A stretch of DNA of 50,264 bases from contig JAOZPT010000013.1 of assembly GCA_029932605.1 (NCBI GenBank), positions 1 to 50,264 on the forward strand, in the 5' to 3' direction. Shown here piece after piece: positions 19,561 to 29,430 of this stretch (the first letter of the stretch is position 1; every line of letters starts with the position of its first letter). Below the pieces are notes generated by a model, which saw only the letters and a program-made list of their open reading frames with translations, did not search any database and was not told the origin of the DNA. The position numbers and the translations under genes are program-made. The stretch comes from Candidatus Zixiibacteriota bacterium (GTDB lineage: Bacteria; Zixibacteria; MSB-5A5; UBA10806; 4484-95).

Positions 19561-21357
19561 ATGAAGCAGGGAAATAAATCAGGAAGTTACAATTTAGATT
19601 TACTGAAACAAGCAATAGGTGACTTTTTGCCGCCGATTTCCAACTCCGCCAATCTCGAGGTTGCCCGCGAACGTTTATTTAGAATGATAAACAACATCCA
19701 GTATGATACATACTCTGGCGAGACAGTTCTCTTTGAGGGAAGGGTTGTTCGAGTGAGAGATTGCGTTCGAGCCCTAAAGAGTATAATAAAGCAGAGATCG
19801 GATATGCTTGCTGGTTTTAGTGTGATGCAGGCGGTATATGACATCGCCAAAGATATTCCCCGTCCTGACCTCAAAAAAGGTTTTTATGCAGAAATGTATC
19901 ACCTGTTTATGGGCGTCAGGGGAAAAGGGCCGGGCGTTGCTCCGGGGGATTTTTATATCGATAATGATTTGCAGGGAAAAGAAGCTGCCTTAGCCCGCTC
20001 AGAAGAGCTTGACAAACTCTGGCAGCATGTCGAAAAACAGATGTCCAGATTCAGACATGGGTTGGAGAAAAATATTATCGAATACAGGCAGAAACGCAAG
20101 AAAAAGGTGCTCTCTCAACTTGGCGGTAGTGACTCAGATTGGCATGATTGGCGCTGGCATCTCCGTAAGGTCGTGAAAAAACCAACGCAACTTTTCGATT
20201 TAATCCCGCTGTCTGATTCGGAAAAAGAGGCATTGAAGCTTGTTGAGGAAACTCATCTACCTTTTGGTATAACGCCATATTACCTCTCTTTAATGGATGA
20301 GAATGGGAATGGTCATGACCGAACCGTACGCGCTCAGGTCATCCCATCGAGATCCTATGTCGATTTTGTCTCGGTTAACAAAGACAATTTCCACTGTTCA
20401 TTTGATTTTATGTTAGAGAGAGATACCAGCCCCATTGACTTGGTTACACGACGCTATCCCTCCATTGTCATTTTAAAACCCTACAATTCCTGCCCGCAGA
20501 TATGCGTATATTGCCAGCGCAATTGGGAGATAGACGAGGTCTTGGCTGAGGGTGCATTAGCTTCAAAAAAGAAAATATTGGAAGCTATCAACTGGATAAA
20601 AGACCATCCCGCCATACACGAAGTTCTGGTAACCGGTGGAGACCCGCTTGGTATTGGCGATAAGAAATTATTCTGGATTTTGCAGGAATTGGCAAAGATT
20701 CCAAATATTGAGAGGATTAGAATCGGTACTCGCACACCTGTTACAATACCGATGCGTATAACTGAAACGGTGGTGGAATTTCTGGGAAGTTTGCGTCAGC
20801 CGGCGCACCGTGAAATCTCAGTTGTAACACATGTTGAACATCCATACGAGGTTACTCCTGAGATGTTTGAGGTTGTTGAACGACTGCGTAATCACAAAAT
20901 TAACGTTTATAATCAAAATGTTTTCACATTTTTTGTTTCGCGAAGGTTCGAGGCGGCGCTTTTGAGACGTCTACTGAAACGAATCGGTATCGAACCTTAT
21001 TACACATTTAACACTAAAGGTAAAGATGAGACAGTGGATTATCGTGTGCCGATTGCGAGGCTTTTACAGGAGCAAAAAGAAGAGGCACGACTTCTTCCCG
21101 GTTTAACTCGAACAGATGAAGCAGTTTATAATGTTCCAGCTCTGGGCAAAAATTATCTGCGTGCCATTCAGCATCGTGACGTAATATCTATTTTACCTGA
21201 TGGCTCGCGTTTGTATGAATTCCATCCCTGGGAAAAAAATATCAGGCGGCAGAAATCTTATGTCGGGATTGATGTTCCCATTCTTAATTACTTGCAAAGG
21301 TTGGAGAAATTAGGAGAAGATATAAAACAGTATGAAACAATATGGTATTATTTTTAA
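19561..21357 (+). CDS. KamA-family PLP/radical SAM aminomutase, long form; probable glutamate 2,3-aminomutase
   Basis: WHDWRWHL, PFGITPYYLSL, TRRYP, CPQICVYCQR, VTGGDPL, RIGTR and PLP-lysine motif VPALGK. Lys and Asn occupy the Asp293 and Asp330 positions of lysine 2,3-aminomutase. Confidence 0.8.
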   Translation: MKQGNKSGSYNLDLLKQAIGDFLPPISNSANLEVARERLFRMINNIQYDTYSGETVLFEGRVVRVRDCVRALKSIIKQRSDMLAGFSVMQAVYDIAKDIPRPDLKKGFYAEMYHLFMGVRGKGPGVAPGDFYIDNDLQGKEAALARSEELDKLWQHVEKQMSRFRHGLEKNIIEYRQKRKKKVLSQLGGSDSDWHDWRWHLRKVVKKPTQLFDLIPLSDSEKEALKLVEETHLPFGITPYYLSLMDENGNGHDRTVRAQVIPSRSYVDFVSVNKDNFHCSFDFMLERDTSPIDLVTRRYPSIVILKPYNSCPQICVYCQRNWEIDEVLAEGALASKKKILEAINWIKDHPAIHEVLVTGGDPLGIGDKKLFWILQELAKIPNIERIRIGTRTPVTIPMRITETVVEFLGSLRQPAHREISVVTHVEHPYEVTPEMFEVVERLRNHKINVYNQNVFTFFVSRRFEAALLRRLLKRIGIEPYYTFNTKGKDETVDYRVPIARLLQEQKEEARLLPGLTRTDEAVYNVPALGKNYLRAIQHRDVISILPDGSRLYEFHPWEKNIRRQKSYVGIDVPILNYLQRLEKLGEDIKQYETIWYYF

Positions 21358-21497
21358 ATAGTCTTAACTTAAAAAGCATGATAAAAAAACAGTCCAATAA
21401 AATCATTTGCTTTGGCGATATTATTTATTATACTGATTTAAAATGTATGAACATGTTTTAGAGTTGATGATAGTTTTTTGAAAGGATAGGGAAGTTT

Positions 21498-22625
21498 ATG
21501 ACTCACGCATACACACCGGGTTTAAGGGTAACCAATAAAACAAAGATAACAAAAAACAGAATCCTGCCGTTAAAAGGCGATGTGGTCGTTTCTCTTGGTG
21601 ATAAGGTCACTCCTGATACGGTAGTTGCCCGTACCGAGCTTCCTGGACCAGTCGAACCGATAAATGTGGCTAATATCCTAGGTGTTCCTCCGGAAGATGT
21701 TTTTGAGGCGATGATTAAAAAAGAGGGAGAACAGGTTGAACAGGGCGAAATAATCGCCAAATCAAAATCGTTTTTCGGCCTGTTTACATCGGTGGCCAAA
21801 GCTAAGATAACTGGCACGATTGAGAATATATCCCGCATTACAGGTCAGGTTCTTTTGCGCGGTGCTCCAATGCCTGTCGAAGTAAGAGCTTATCTTGAAG
21901 GGGAAGTGACAGAGGTTTTTGAAAATGAGGGTGTAGCTGTTACAACCTGGGGAGCGTTCGTTCAAGGGATTTTTGGCATTGGTGGTGAGGTTCACGGTCC
22001 CATTAAGGTTATCTCCAGTTCTGTTAATGATATCCTAACTGAAAAGGAGATCGACGATTCCTGCAAAGGATGTGTATTGGTAGGCGGAGCGCTTGTAACA
22101 GCAGGTGGTCTTCATAAGGCCATCTCTGTAGGAGCAGTTGGGATTGTTGTTGGTGGTCTCGATGATAAGGACCTTCGCGACTTCTTAGGTTATGACCTCG
22201 GCGTAGCCATCACCGGTAAGGAGGAAAAAGGAATCACTCTTGTGGTAACCGAGGGTTTCGGAGAGATCATGATGGCTCAGAAAACCTTTGACCTGTTAAA
22301 GTCGAAAGAGGGAGAAATGGCCTGTATTAACGGCGCTACACAGATACGAGCTGGTGTTATCAGACCCGAGGTTGTTATACCGCTTAAAGGCGATATCTCC
22401 AAAGAGGACACTATTCAACTTCAGGAAAATGTTGGACTTACCATCGGTTCTCCCATAAGGGTTATCCGTGAGCCGTATTTTGGCAAGCTGGGTAAAGTTG
22501 CTAGCCTACCAGCCCCTTTGCAGAAACTTGAGTCTGAATCATATGCCAGAGTATTAGAGGTCGAGTTTGCCGATGGCAAAAAAGCAATTATACCCCGTGC
22601 CAACGTGGAGGCGCTGGAGGAATAA
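21498..22625 (+). CDS. Uncharacterised protein (HAYTPGL start), candidate partner of the GlmL-like ATPase
   Basis: Long ORF with RBS. It has barrel-sandwich-like repeats (VSLGDKV, KKEGEQVEQGEIIAK), a Gly-rich alpha/beta core and a KOW-like C-terminus (GSPIRVIREPYFGKLGKV). Confidence 0.7.
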   Translation: MTHAYTPGLRVTNKTKITKNRILPLKGDVVVSLGDKVTPDTVVARTELPGPVEPINVANILGVPPEDVFEAMIKKEGEQVEQGEIIAKSKSFFGLFTSVAKAKITGTIENISRITGQVLLRGAPMPVEVRAYLEGEVTEVFENEGVAVTTWGAFVQGIFGIGGEVHGPIKVISSSVNDILTEKEIDDSCKGCVLVGGALVTAGGLHKAISVGAVGIVVGGLDDKDLRDFLGYDLGVAITGKEEKGITLVVTEGFGEIMMAQKTFDLLKSKEGEMACINGATQIRAGVIRPEVVIPLKGDISKEDTIQLQENVGLTIGSPIRVIREPYFGKLGKVASLPAPLQKLESESYARVLEVEFADGKKAIIPRANVEALEE

Positions 22626-22784
22626 CAAACACGATAAGAAAGCTGTAAGTAAGGTAATTAAAGTGCGCATCTTAAAACCCCCTGCATAAAATTCTCAAAA
22701 TCCTAGCACAAATCCAGTCTAAGCATTTGAGGATCATATTAACCCAAGCTATTCTACTTTATCGACTTCCTTAAAACTTATATT

Positions 22785-23318
22785 TTAATCTCTTACCACC
22801 ATCCCCTTCCTCACAACTATCCCCTCTTTTTCAAGCAATCTCTTTTTCAGGCCAAGCCCGCCACCGAAACCCGTGAGACTGCCATTAGAGCCAATTACAC
22901 GATGGCAGGGGATAACTATCGGAATAGGGTTTTTAGCCATCACCTGGCCAACTGCTCTTGAGGCGCCAGGCGATCCGGCCCTACAAGCAAGTTGCCCGTA
23001 AGTCGCTATTTCCCCGTAAGGGATTTTGCAAGCCGCCTTGAGAACTCTTCGTGTAAACGGGCTGAGATAACCAATATCCAACTTCACAGAAAAAGATCTC
23101 CTCTTATCATGGAAATATTCAATCAGTTGTTTCTTGATATTTCTGGTTTTACCATTTCCCTCAACCGGCATAAGATTATATTTTTTGGCGTGTTTTATAA
23201 ACTTTTTCAGGGCTGTTTTCTCGCCATAACTGAAAAGTCGCAGGCCCTTTTCAGTCACCGCAACCACCAGTTTGCCGAATTTTCTATCGCTATAAGTATC
23301 AATATACAATTTCATCAT
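22785..23318 (-). CDS. ogt: Methylated-DNA--protein-cysteine methyltransferase
   Basis: IPYGE..TYG, RAVG and NPIPIVIPCHRVIG active site. Confidence 0.95.
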   Translation of the reverse strand: MMKLYIDTYSDRKFGKLVVAVTEKGLRLFSYGEKTALKKFIKHAKKYNLMPVEGNGKTRNIKKQLIEYFHDKRRSFSVKLDIGYLSPFTRRVLKAACKIPYGEIATYGQLACRAGSPGASRAVGQVMAKNPIPIVIPCHRVIGSNGSLTGFGGGLGLKKRLLEKEGIVVRKGMVVRD

Positions 23319-23324
23319 GACTTT

Positions 23325-24482
23325 CTAAGGTAATAGCCCCAAACGCTTGGCTCTTTTTATCCTATTTTTGGCGTTTATATGCTCGCGATTTGTAACCGAG
23401 AAGATATGAGACCCGTCTCCTCTAGCAACAAAATATAAGTAATCCACATCAGCGGGGTTGACTGCTGCCTCAAGTGAGGCTTTCCCCGGTGAGCAAATCG
23501 GTCCGGGTGGAAGGCCATAATATCTGTAGGTGTTATATGGCGAATTGATCTCAAGGTCTTTATAATAAAGGGGACGGTTTAAACCGCCAAGCGCATATAT
23601 TACAGAAGGGTCACACTGGAGACGCATCCTTTTTTTAAGACGCGAATGATAAACCGCTGATATAAGCGGTCTTTCATCATCAATCATCGCCTCCTTCTCA
23701 ATCAGGGAGGCCATTATCACCGCCTCGTAAAAACTGAGGTCAAGCTTTTTAGCTTTTTGTTCGAACGAATCAGGAAGGTTAGCGAAAAAATAGCTAATCA
23801 TCTTGTTGACCACGCGTTGTGGCGATTCATCATAGAAAAAATTATAAGTATTTGGAAATAGATAACCCTCCAGATCATCTGCGGTTATACCCAACGAATC
23901 AAGCAAGACCCTATCTGAACATATTCTTAAGAATTCATCTTTATTAAAGTTTAATTGACGATCCAATAAATCAGCGGTCTGTGCGACGGTTAAACCCTCT
24001 GGAATGGTGATATTAAACGGAACCGCCGCCCCTTCTGTTAGGATCCTGAAGATTTCAGACATGCTGGTTTTGGGTTTTATTGCATACCGTCCCGATTTCA
24101 ATTTGCGCGAATGTCCTAACAGTCTGGAAAAGACAACGAAGCTGAATTCACCGGATATCGCACCCATTTTATAAAGCTTATGGCCAATATCGTAAACTGT
24201 GTCACCACGGTTGACTATAAAATACTTTGTCTTGTTCCCAAAATCTGGTGATTGATGTGGAATGTAGTATAAGTAGGAGCCAACAAACACACCTATAAGA
24301 AGACAGACAAAAATCAATCTCACGGCAAAACGCATACCCGCCGAACCGTAATTGCGAAAAGGCAATGTAAGCACGAAAGAAACGATGAGAACCACCGAAG
24401 CGATAAAGCCAAGTATATTTGAACCCCACCACCAGAGTTTATCTTTAAGCTCAAACCTGATGTCATTCGTTTTTTTCACCAT
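23325..24482 (-). CDS. mltG: Endolytic transglycosylase MltG (YceG)
   Basis: TIPEG, LEGYLFPNTY, ASLIEKE, LQCDP, SPYNTY..GLPPGPI and YLYFVA. Confidence 0.95.
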   Translation of the reverse strand: MVKKTNDIRFELKDKLWWWGSNILGFIASVVLIVSFVLTLPFRNYGSAGMRFAVRLIFVCLLIGVFVGSYLYYIPHQSPDFGNKTKYFIVNRGDTVYDIGHKLYKMGAISGEFSFVVFSRLLGHSRKLKSGRYAIKPKTSMSEIFRILTEGAAVPFNITIPEGLTVAQTADLLDRQLNFNKDEFLRICSDRVLLDSLGITADDLEGYLFPNTYNFFYDESPQRVVNKMISYFFANLPDSFEQKAKKLDLSFYEAVIMASLIEKEAMIDDERPLISAVYHSRLKKRMRLQCDPSVIYALGGLNRPLYYKDLEINSPYNTYRYYGLPPGPICSPGKASLEAAVNPADVDYLYFVARGDGSHIFSVTNREHINAKNRIKRAKRLGLLP

Positions 24483-24876
24483 CTAAAAACACCTGAAGTA
24501 TAATGGTGGCGGCAACTTCGTCAAGCCGACCCTTGCGGGCTTTTTTACCTGATGCGTGAAGCTGCTTGGTGGCCTCAACTGTTGACAATCTCTCATCAAT
24601 AAGGTGAACTGGAAGTTGTGTTCTTGATTTCAAAAAATCCGCCAGTTTCTCGGCTTTGCCAGCCTGCACTCCACGACTGCCGTTCATATTCAATGGCAAT
24701 CCTATAACAAATTCAGTTACATCTTCATCTTCGGCAATTGCCAGAAGTCTATCAATGAGCTCATCATAACTTCTAAACTTTAAATATCCATAACCCGAGG
24801 CAAGGGTATGTGAACGGTCGGATATCGCAAGACCAACACGGACATCACCTATATCTACTGCCAGTACTCTACTCAT
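24463..24876 (-). CDS. ruvX: YqgF/RuvX pre-16S rRNA nuclease
   Basis: LAVDIGDVRVGLAISD, VIGLPLNMNG and DERLST. The likely start is ATG 24876, which overlaps the Nudix stop. Confidence 0.93.
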   Translation of the reverse strand: MSRVLAVDIGDVRVGLAISDRSHTLASGYGYLKFRSYDELIDRLLAIAEDEDVTEFVIGLPLNMNGSRGVQAGKAEKLADFLKSRTQLPVHLIDERLSTVEATKQLHASGKKARKGRLDEVAATIILQVFLDGEKNE

Positions 24877-25435
24877 TCGGTTTTGGAAACTTTCCACTAT
24901 TTTTAAATTCGATATAATCTGAAATCGCCCGGCGATGAGCCTCGAATGCAATATTTCGGGGAAGTTTATCCATAGCAAAAAATTTCACCTCACTGGCATC
25001 ATCCCCAGGCTCAATATCACCACCAGTGATATCAGCCAAATACAATACTAATACAGCGTGGCTTCTCGGGTCATCGTCACCTGAATAGGTTTTAAAACTG
25101 CTTTTGAGATTCACCGTTAAGCCGGTTTCTTCCTTTATCTCACGCACACAGCACTGTTCGGGCGATTCATTATACTCCATGAAACCAGCAGGTAAACACC
25201 AGTCACCAACATAAGGAGGATACTTCCTCTTAACCAGAAGAATCTTGCCGTCTTTCTCGACGATAGCACCGGCGGCTGGAATGGGGTTTCTGTAATAAAC
25301 GAAATCACATCTAGGGCATTTTCTCCGCGTCTTGCCGTCGATAACCAACTCGACAAGCTCAGTGGCACACCAAGGACAATAAATATACAGCCTGCCGATA
25401 ACCAGTTTATGTTCCTTATCACCTATATTTTCCAT
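24869..25435 (-). CDS. Nudix hydrolase with N-terminal zinc ribbon
   Basis: CPWC...CPRC and Nudix box GFMEYNESPEQCCVREIKEETG. The start is 25435 or 25450. Confidence 0.9.
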   Translation of the reverse strand: MENIGDKEHKLVIGRLYIYCPWCATELVELVIDGKTRRKCPRCDFVYYRNPIPAAGAIVEKDGKILLVKRKYPPYVGDWCLPAGFMEYNESPEQCCVREIKEETGLTVNLKSSFKTYSGDDDPRSHAVLVLYLADITGGDIEPGDDASEVKFFAMDKLPRNIAFEAHRRAISDYIEFKNSGKFPKPNE

Positions 25436-25647
25436 AAGATAACAATCCATTCAAGGCTATTTGACATTAAACATGGGGATATCATTGCCAAAAATCCGTA
25501 TTGAAATTTAAATACAAGATGCCAACCAACAAATTAGACCCCGGCAAAACCTCCTGAATAAATATAAATCACAAAATCATTATAGATAAATAAAACTTAT
25601 CAGGCAAGCGATTTGAAAGGACGTTTATTTATAAAAATTATCATACG

Positions 25648-27165
25648 CTATCTTTTTACCACATCTCTTATCTTCCTGGTAAGCTTAAAACTTAGTATGT
25701 CCCCCAGAATGGTATATAAAAATATTTTTATTACCATTGCTACCCAGGCTCGAGGATTCGTGAACAACCACCAGAAAAATTTATCTGCAAGAGTGGTTTT
25801 GAAATAAGCGATAAAGAGTTTGTGCTGCCATATCCTGACTTTAAATTTATCGAACTCTTTTGTTTCAATCAATGGCTGGCTGAAAATAGCGGCTTTGTAA
25901 TCGGTAAAATCTTCTTCAAAAGATTTGCTGTCCAGGTATCCTTTATCTCTACATTCTTCAAACAGTCTTGTACCCGGTATGGGTGTAGCGATAAAAATCG
26001 AAAGATTGTTAAGCCTGAGATCTTCAATATATTTCCGGGTTTTGGCAATGGAGCTCTCGGTTTCACCGGGTATGCCAATCACAAAATAAGCATTGGGTTT
26101 GATCCCAATTTTATGACAGAATTCTACAACCTCATAAATTTTTTCTTTTTTCAACCCTTTTCTTATGACCTGGTTCCTTATGAAATCGTCGCCCGATTCT
26201 ATGGCTAAGTTCAAAGAATCACAACCTGAGGCTTTTGCCCACCCAAGCGAATCTTCATCCAGCGAACCTACATGGACACCGTTAGGAGTATTCCATCTGA
26301 TTTTAATCTTCCGGTTTACTATACCCTTACAGATTTGCACAAATCTATCCTTATCAAAAGCTAGATTATCATCCTCAAAAGAAATCTCATTAACTTTGTA
26401 CCGGTTCACCAGAACCTCGATCTCATCGACTACATTATCCGGAGAGCGGGAACGGTATTTAGGGCCCATGATTGAATGAATTTCACAAAAAATGCACCTA
26501 TAAGGACAGCTCCGCGAGGTTATCATCGGTGCATAACGTCCTTTACCTAATCCCCAACGACGCTCCCCAAGGTTCAGATATCGCTCCATATCGAATAGTT
26601 CCCAGGCAGGAAAACCGAGATTGTCAAGGTCTTTGATGAAGGAGGTTTTGGGATTTACAATCACCTTGCCACTTCTTTTAAAAGTCAGGCCGTCGATATT
26701 ATCGAAATTTTCCCTGTTAATAATAGCCTTTATAAGCTCCACAAAACTACGTTCACCCTCGCCCATCACGGCAAAGTCAATTTCAGAATGGGCGCATACG
26801 CTTTTAGGCATCAATGAGGGATGAACTCCGCCGGTAACAGTAATAATTTTATCATCTATACTTTTTACTACCTGCGCCGCCTCCAGCACCGCAGAAAAAC
26901 GTGAGGAAAAAAAACAGCCGATACCAACTAAGTCGGGCTTAATATCTTTTATACGTTGTCTTAATTCCTGTGAGCTTAAACCGTATCGCAAAACCCCACT
27001 TTCAATTTCAACCGGCGGTGAGATAGCGGCGCCATCAAGGGCTGAAACATCGATACCCGCATTTTTCAGGGCGGTTCCAAGGTAACCCAGGCCCAGCGGA
27101 AATGATAACCCCAAGCCGGCATGTTTAAGCGCTTTATAGGGAGGATTAAGAAGTAATACACGCAT
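25648..27165 (-). CDS. Cobalamin-binding (class B) radical SAM protein
   Basis: MRVLLLNPP, PLGLGYL, GGVHPS, GEGE, TSRSCPYRCIFC, FEDDN, IESG and PIPGT. Confidence 0.9.
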   Translation of the reverse strand: MRVLLLNPPYKALKHAGLGLSFPLGLGYLGTALKNAGIDVSALDGAAISPPVEIESGVLRYGLSSQELRQRIKDIKPDLVGIGCFFSSRFSAVLEAAQVVKSIDDKIITVTGGVHPSLMPKSVCAHSEIDFAVMGEGERSFVELIKAIINRENFDNIDGLTFKRSGKVIVNPKTSFIKDLDNLGFPAWELFDMERYLNLGERRWGLGKGRYAPMITSRSCPYRCIFCEIHSIMGPKYRSRSPDNVVDEIEVLVNRYKVNEISFEDDNLAFDKDRFVQICKGIVNRKIKIRWNTPNGVHVGSLDEDSLGWAKASGCDSLNLAIESGDDFIRNQVIRKGLKKEKIYEVVEFCHKIGIKPNAYFVIGIPGETESSIAKTRKYIEDLRLNNLSIFIATPIPGTRLFEECRDKGYLDSKSFEEDFTDYKAAIFSQPLIETKEFDKFKVRIWQHKLFIAYFKTTLADKFFWWLFTNPRAWVAMVIKIFLYTILGDILSFKLTRKIRDVVKR

Positions 27166-27354
27166 ATATGAAAAGTAGAAAACTGGTAATTTGATTTCAA
27201 GCTATATCTTTAAATTGTACGGCCAAATCCTCACACGCAAAGCTTTACAGAGCTGCATAATCTCATTACACAATATCATGATGTTTTTCTCTTGCTACAA
27301 TACCAATATTTAATTATGTTCTCTGTGAAATATAAATAGAAGGTAGGTGTAGAT

Positions 27355-28566
27355 ATGGGTGGAGCAATACAGGAAATAGAGAACATAGTCAAAGGATGGC
27401 GGTTCTCACGTAATGCGCTTGAGTTGAAAAGTTCAATAATCAGGGAAATACTTAAAGATTCATCAAAGCCGGGGGTTATAAACTTTGGAGGGGGTTTACC
27501 GGCACCAGATTTATTCCCGTTAGAGAAGATCAAGGAAGCTTGCATCAATGTTATCGATAAATATGGGACTCAAGCCCTTCAATATTCTCTCACATCGGGC
27601 ACCAAGCAAATGCTGAGTTTAATAACCTCGCGGCTCAAACAACAGGACATTGACATCAGTGCTGAATGTATCCAGGTGACAGCTGGGGCTCAGCAAGCGC
27701 TTGATATATTAGGTCGGGTATTCCTCGACCCAAAATCAGTTGTGTTAACGGAAACCCCCACTTACCTCGGGGCGCTTCAGGCATTCTCGTTTTACGGGGT
27801 AAAATTCATTTCGGTTAAAACCGACGATGAGGGTATTATACCCGAGGATGTCGAGAATAAGATGAAAGAATATAAACCCCGCTTCATCTATGTTGTTTCA
27901 AATTTTCAGAACCCAACAGGCAGAACCATATCGTTAAAACGCAGGGAAAAACTCGTAGAGCTATCGAGGAAATATGGGTGTCCTGTTATTGATGACAACC
28001 CATATGGCGAAGTTCGCTTTACAGGAAAACATGTGCCCTCATTGAAAACCATCGGCAAAGAATGTGTCATACAACTGGGGACTTTTTCCAAGCTTATTTC
28101 GCCGGGCCTGCGCATAGGTTGGATAGCCTCGGAACCAAATGTGCAAAAAATTATTGAACGGATGAAACAAGCTTGCGATCTGCACACAAATACCTTCACT
28201 CAATTCGTTATCAGCGAATTCGCATCTGCCGGCCATCTCGAACCGCATATCGAGCTTATCAAGAAAGTTTATGGTATTAGACGTAATTTTATGATAAAGA
28301 TGTTAAAGGAATATTTCGGTGATGACGTCAGCTGGACCGAGCCGGAGGGTGGTCTATTTCTTTGGCTAAAGCTCCCCAAGACAATAAACGCTACAGAACT
28401 TTTACCTAAAGCGATCAAAGCCGGTGTAGCTTATGTACCAGGTAAATTCTTTTTTAGTGAGAAACCGGATGACTCAACACTTAGGCTGAACTTCTGCAAT
28501 GCGACCGAGGAAAATATCAGGGAAGGAGTAAAACGTTTAGCAAAAGTTATAGCTTCGGCTAATTAA
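27355..28566 (+). CDS. PLP-dependent class I aminotransferase (LysN/Aro8-like)
   Basis: SSIIREIL, FGGGLPAP, NFQNPTG, DDNPYG and GTFSKLISPGLRIGW (PLP lysine). Confidence 0.9.
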   Translation: MGGAIQEIENIVKGWRFSRNALELKSSIIREILKDSSKPGVINFGGGLPAPDLFPLEKIKEACINVIDKYGTQALQYSLTSGTKQMLSLITSRLKQQDIDISAECIQVTAGAQQALDILGRVFLDPKSVVLTETPTYLGALQAFSFYGVKFISVKTDDEGIIPEDVENKMKEYKPRFIYVVSNFQNPTGRTISLKRREKLVELSRKYGCPVIDDNPYGEVRFTGKHVPSLKTIGKECVIQLGTFSKLISPGLRIGWIASEPNVQKIIERMKQACDLHTNTFTQFVISEFASAGHLEPHIELIKKVYGIRRNFMIKMLKEYFGDDVSWTEPEGGLFLWLKLPKTINATELLPKAIKAGVAYVPGKFFFSEKPDDSTLRLNFCNATEENIREGVKRLAKVIASAN

Positions 28567-28581
28567 TTCTTTCACGACATA

Positions 28582-29430
28582 ATGCCTATGAGCTTTAAGC
28601 CCTTACCATTTTTTAAAATGGGAAGCCTTGGTAACTGTTACATATTTATCGAGGCAAAAAATGTTGAAAAATACTCTCTTAAAAAATTAGCCAAAGAGGT
28701 TTCGGACACCTCAATGGGTATAGGTGCTGACGGTTTGATTATCGTTGATACTGCAAAACCGCCATTTAAAATGCGTATTCTCAACCGTGATGGTTCCCCA
28801 GCGGAAATGTGCGGAAATGGCATAAGGCAGGCCGCTTTATTCTTGAAAAGCTTGAGATACCCATCCAGAAAAAAGTTTTTACTGGTACTACCGGCAGGTA
28901 AGTTCGAGGCAGAGGTCGTTTCGGTAAAAGGTAGTCATGCCAAAATCAGAACAGCGCTAGGACCGCCAGATTTTTCAGCTAAGGCGGTAGGTCTGATAAA
29001 TCACGACGGTCTTGCCTTTGGAATAAAGATGAAATACGGTCAACGGAAAATCCTCGCCGATTGTGTAAGTATAGGAAACCCTCATGCTATCATATCTGTC
29101 AACAATTTTGACTTTGACTGGCAAGGTGCAGGATATTATATTTGTCATTGCAGTTTGTTTCCTGATGGGGTGAATGTTCATTTTTTAAAGGCTATCAATC
29201 ACAAATGCTTCGAAATGAGAACCTACGAAAGGGGTACAGGAGTTACAAAGGCCTGTGGTAGCGGAGCGGCAGCTTGCCTGGCCGTGGGAGTAATACGAGG
29301 CCTCCTCCATAGAAAAGCTGTTGCTGTCACAGAAGGCGGAAAACTTGAGCTGGACTGGGATTTCACAACGGGAATGATCGGCCAGACCGGACCTGCTGAT
29401 ATCATCTGCAAGGGAGTGTTCTTAGGTTGA
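28582..29430 (+). CDS. dapF: Diaminopimelate epimerase
   Basis: GIGADGL, EMCGNG, GNPH and ERG.G.T.ACGSGA (two catalytic Cys). Confidence 0.9.
   Translation: MPMSFKPLPFFKMGSLGNCYIFIEAKNVEKYSLKKLAKEVSDTSMGIGADGLIIVDTAKPPFKMRILNRDGSPAEMCGNGIRQAALFLKSLRYPSRKKFLLVLPAGKFEAEVVSVKGSHAKIRTALGPPDFSAKAVGLINHDGLAFGIKMKYGQRKILADCVSIGNPHAIISVNNFDFDWQGAGYYICHCSLFPDGVNVHFLKAINHKCFEMRTYERGTGVTKACGSGAAACLAVGVIRGLLHRKAVAVTEGGKLELDWDFTTGMIGQTGPADIICKGVFLG

Noticed and set aside
24877..24978. N-terminal extension of ruvX in the ORF track
   Set aside because: It overlaps the Nudix gene. The family-typical start MSRVLAVD is at 24876.
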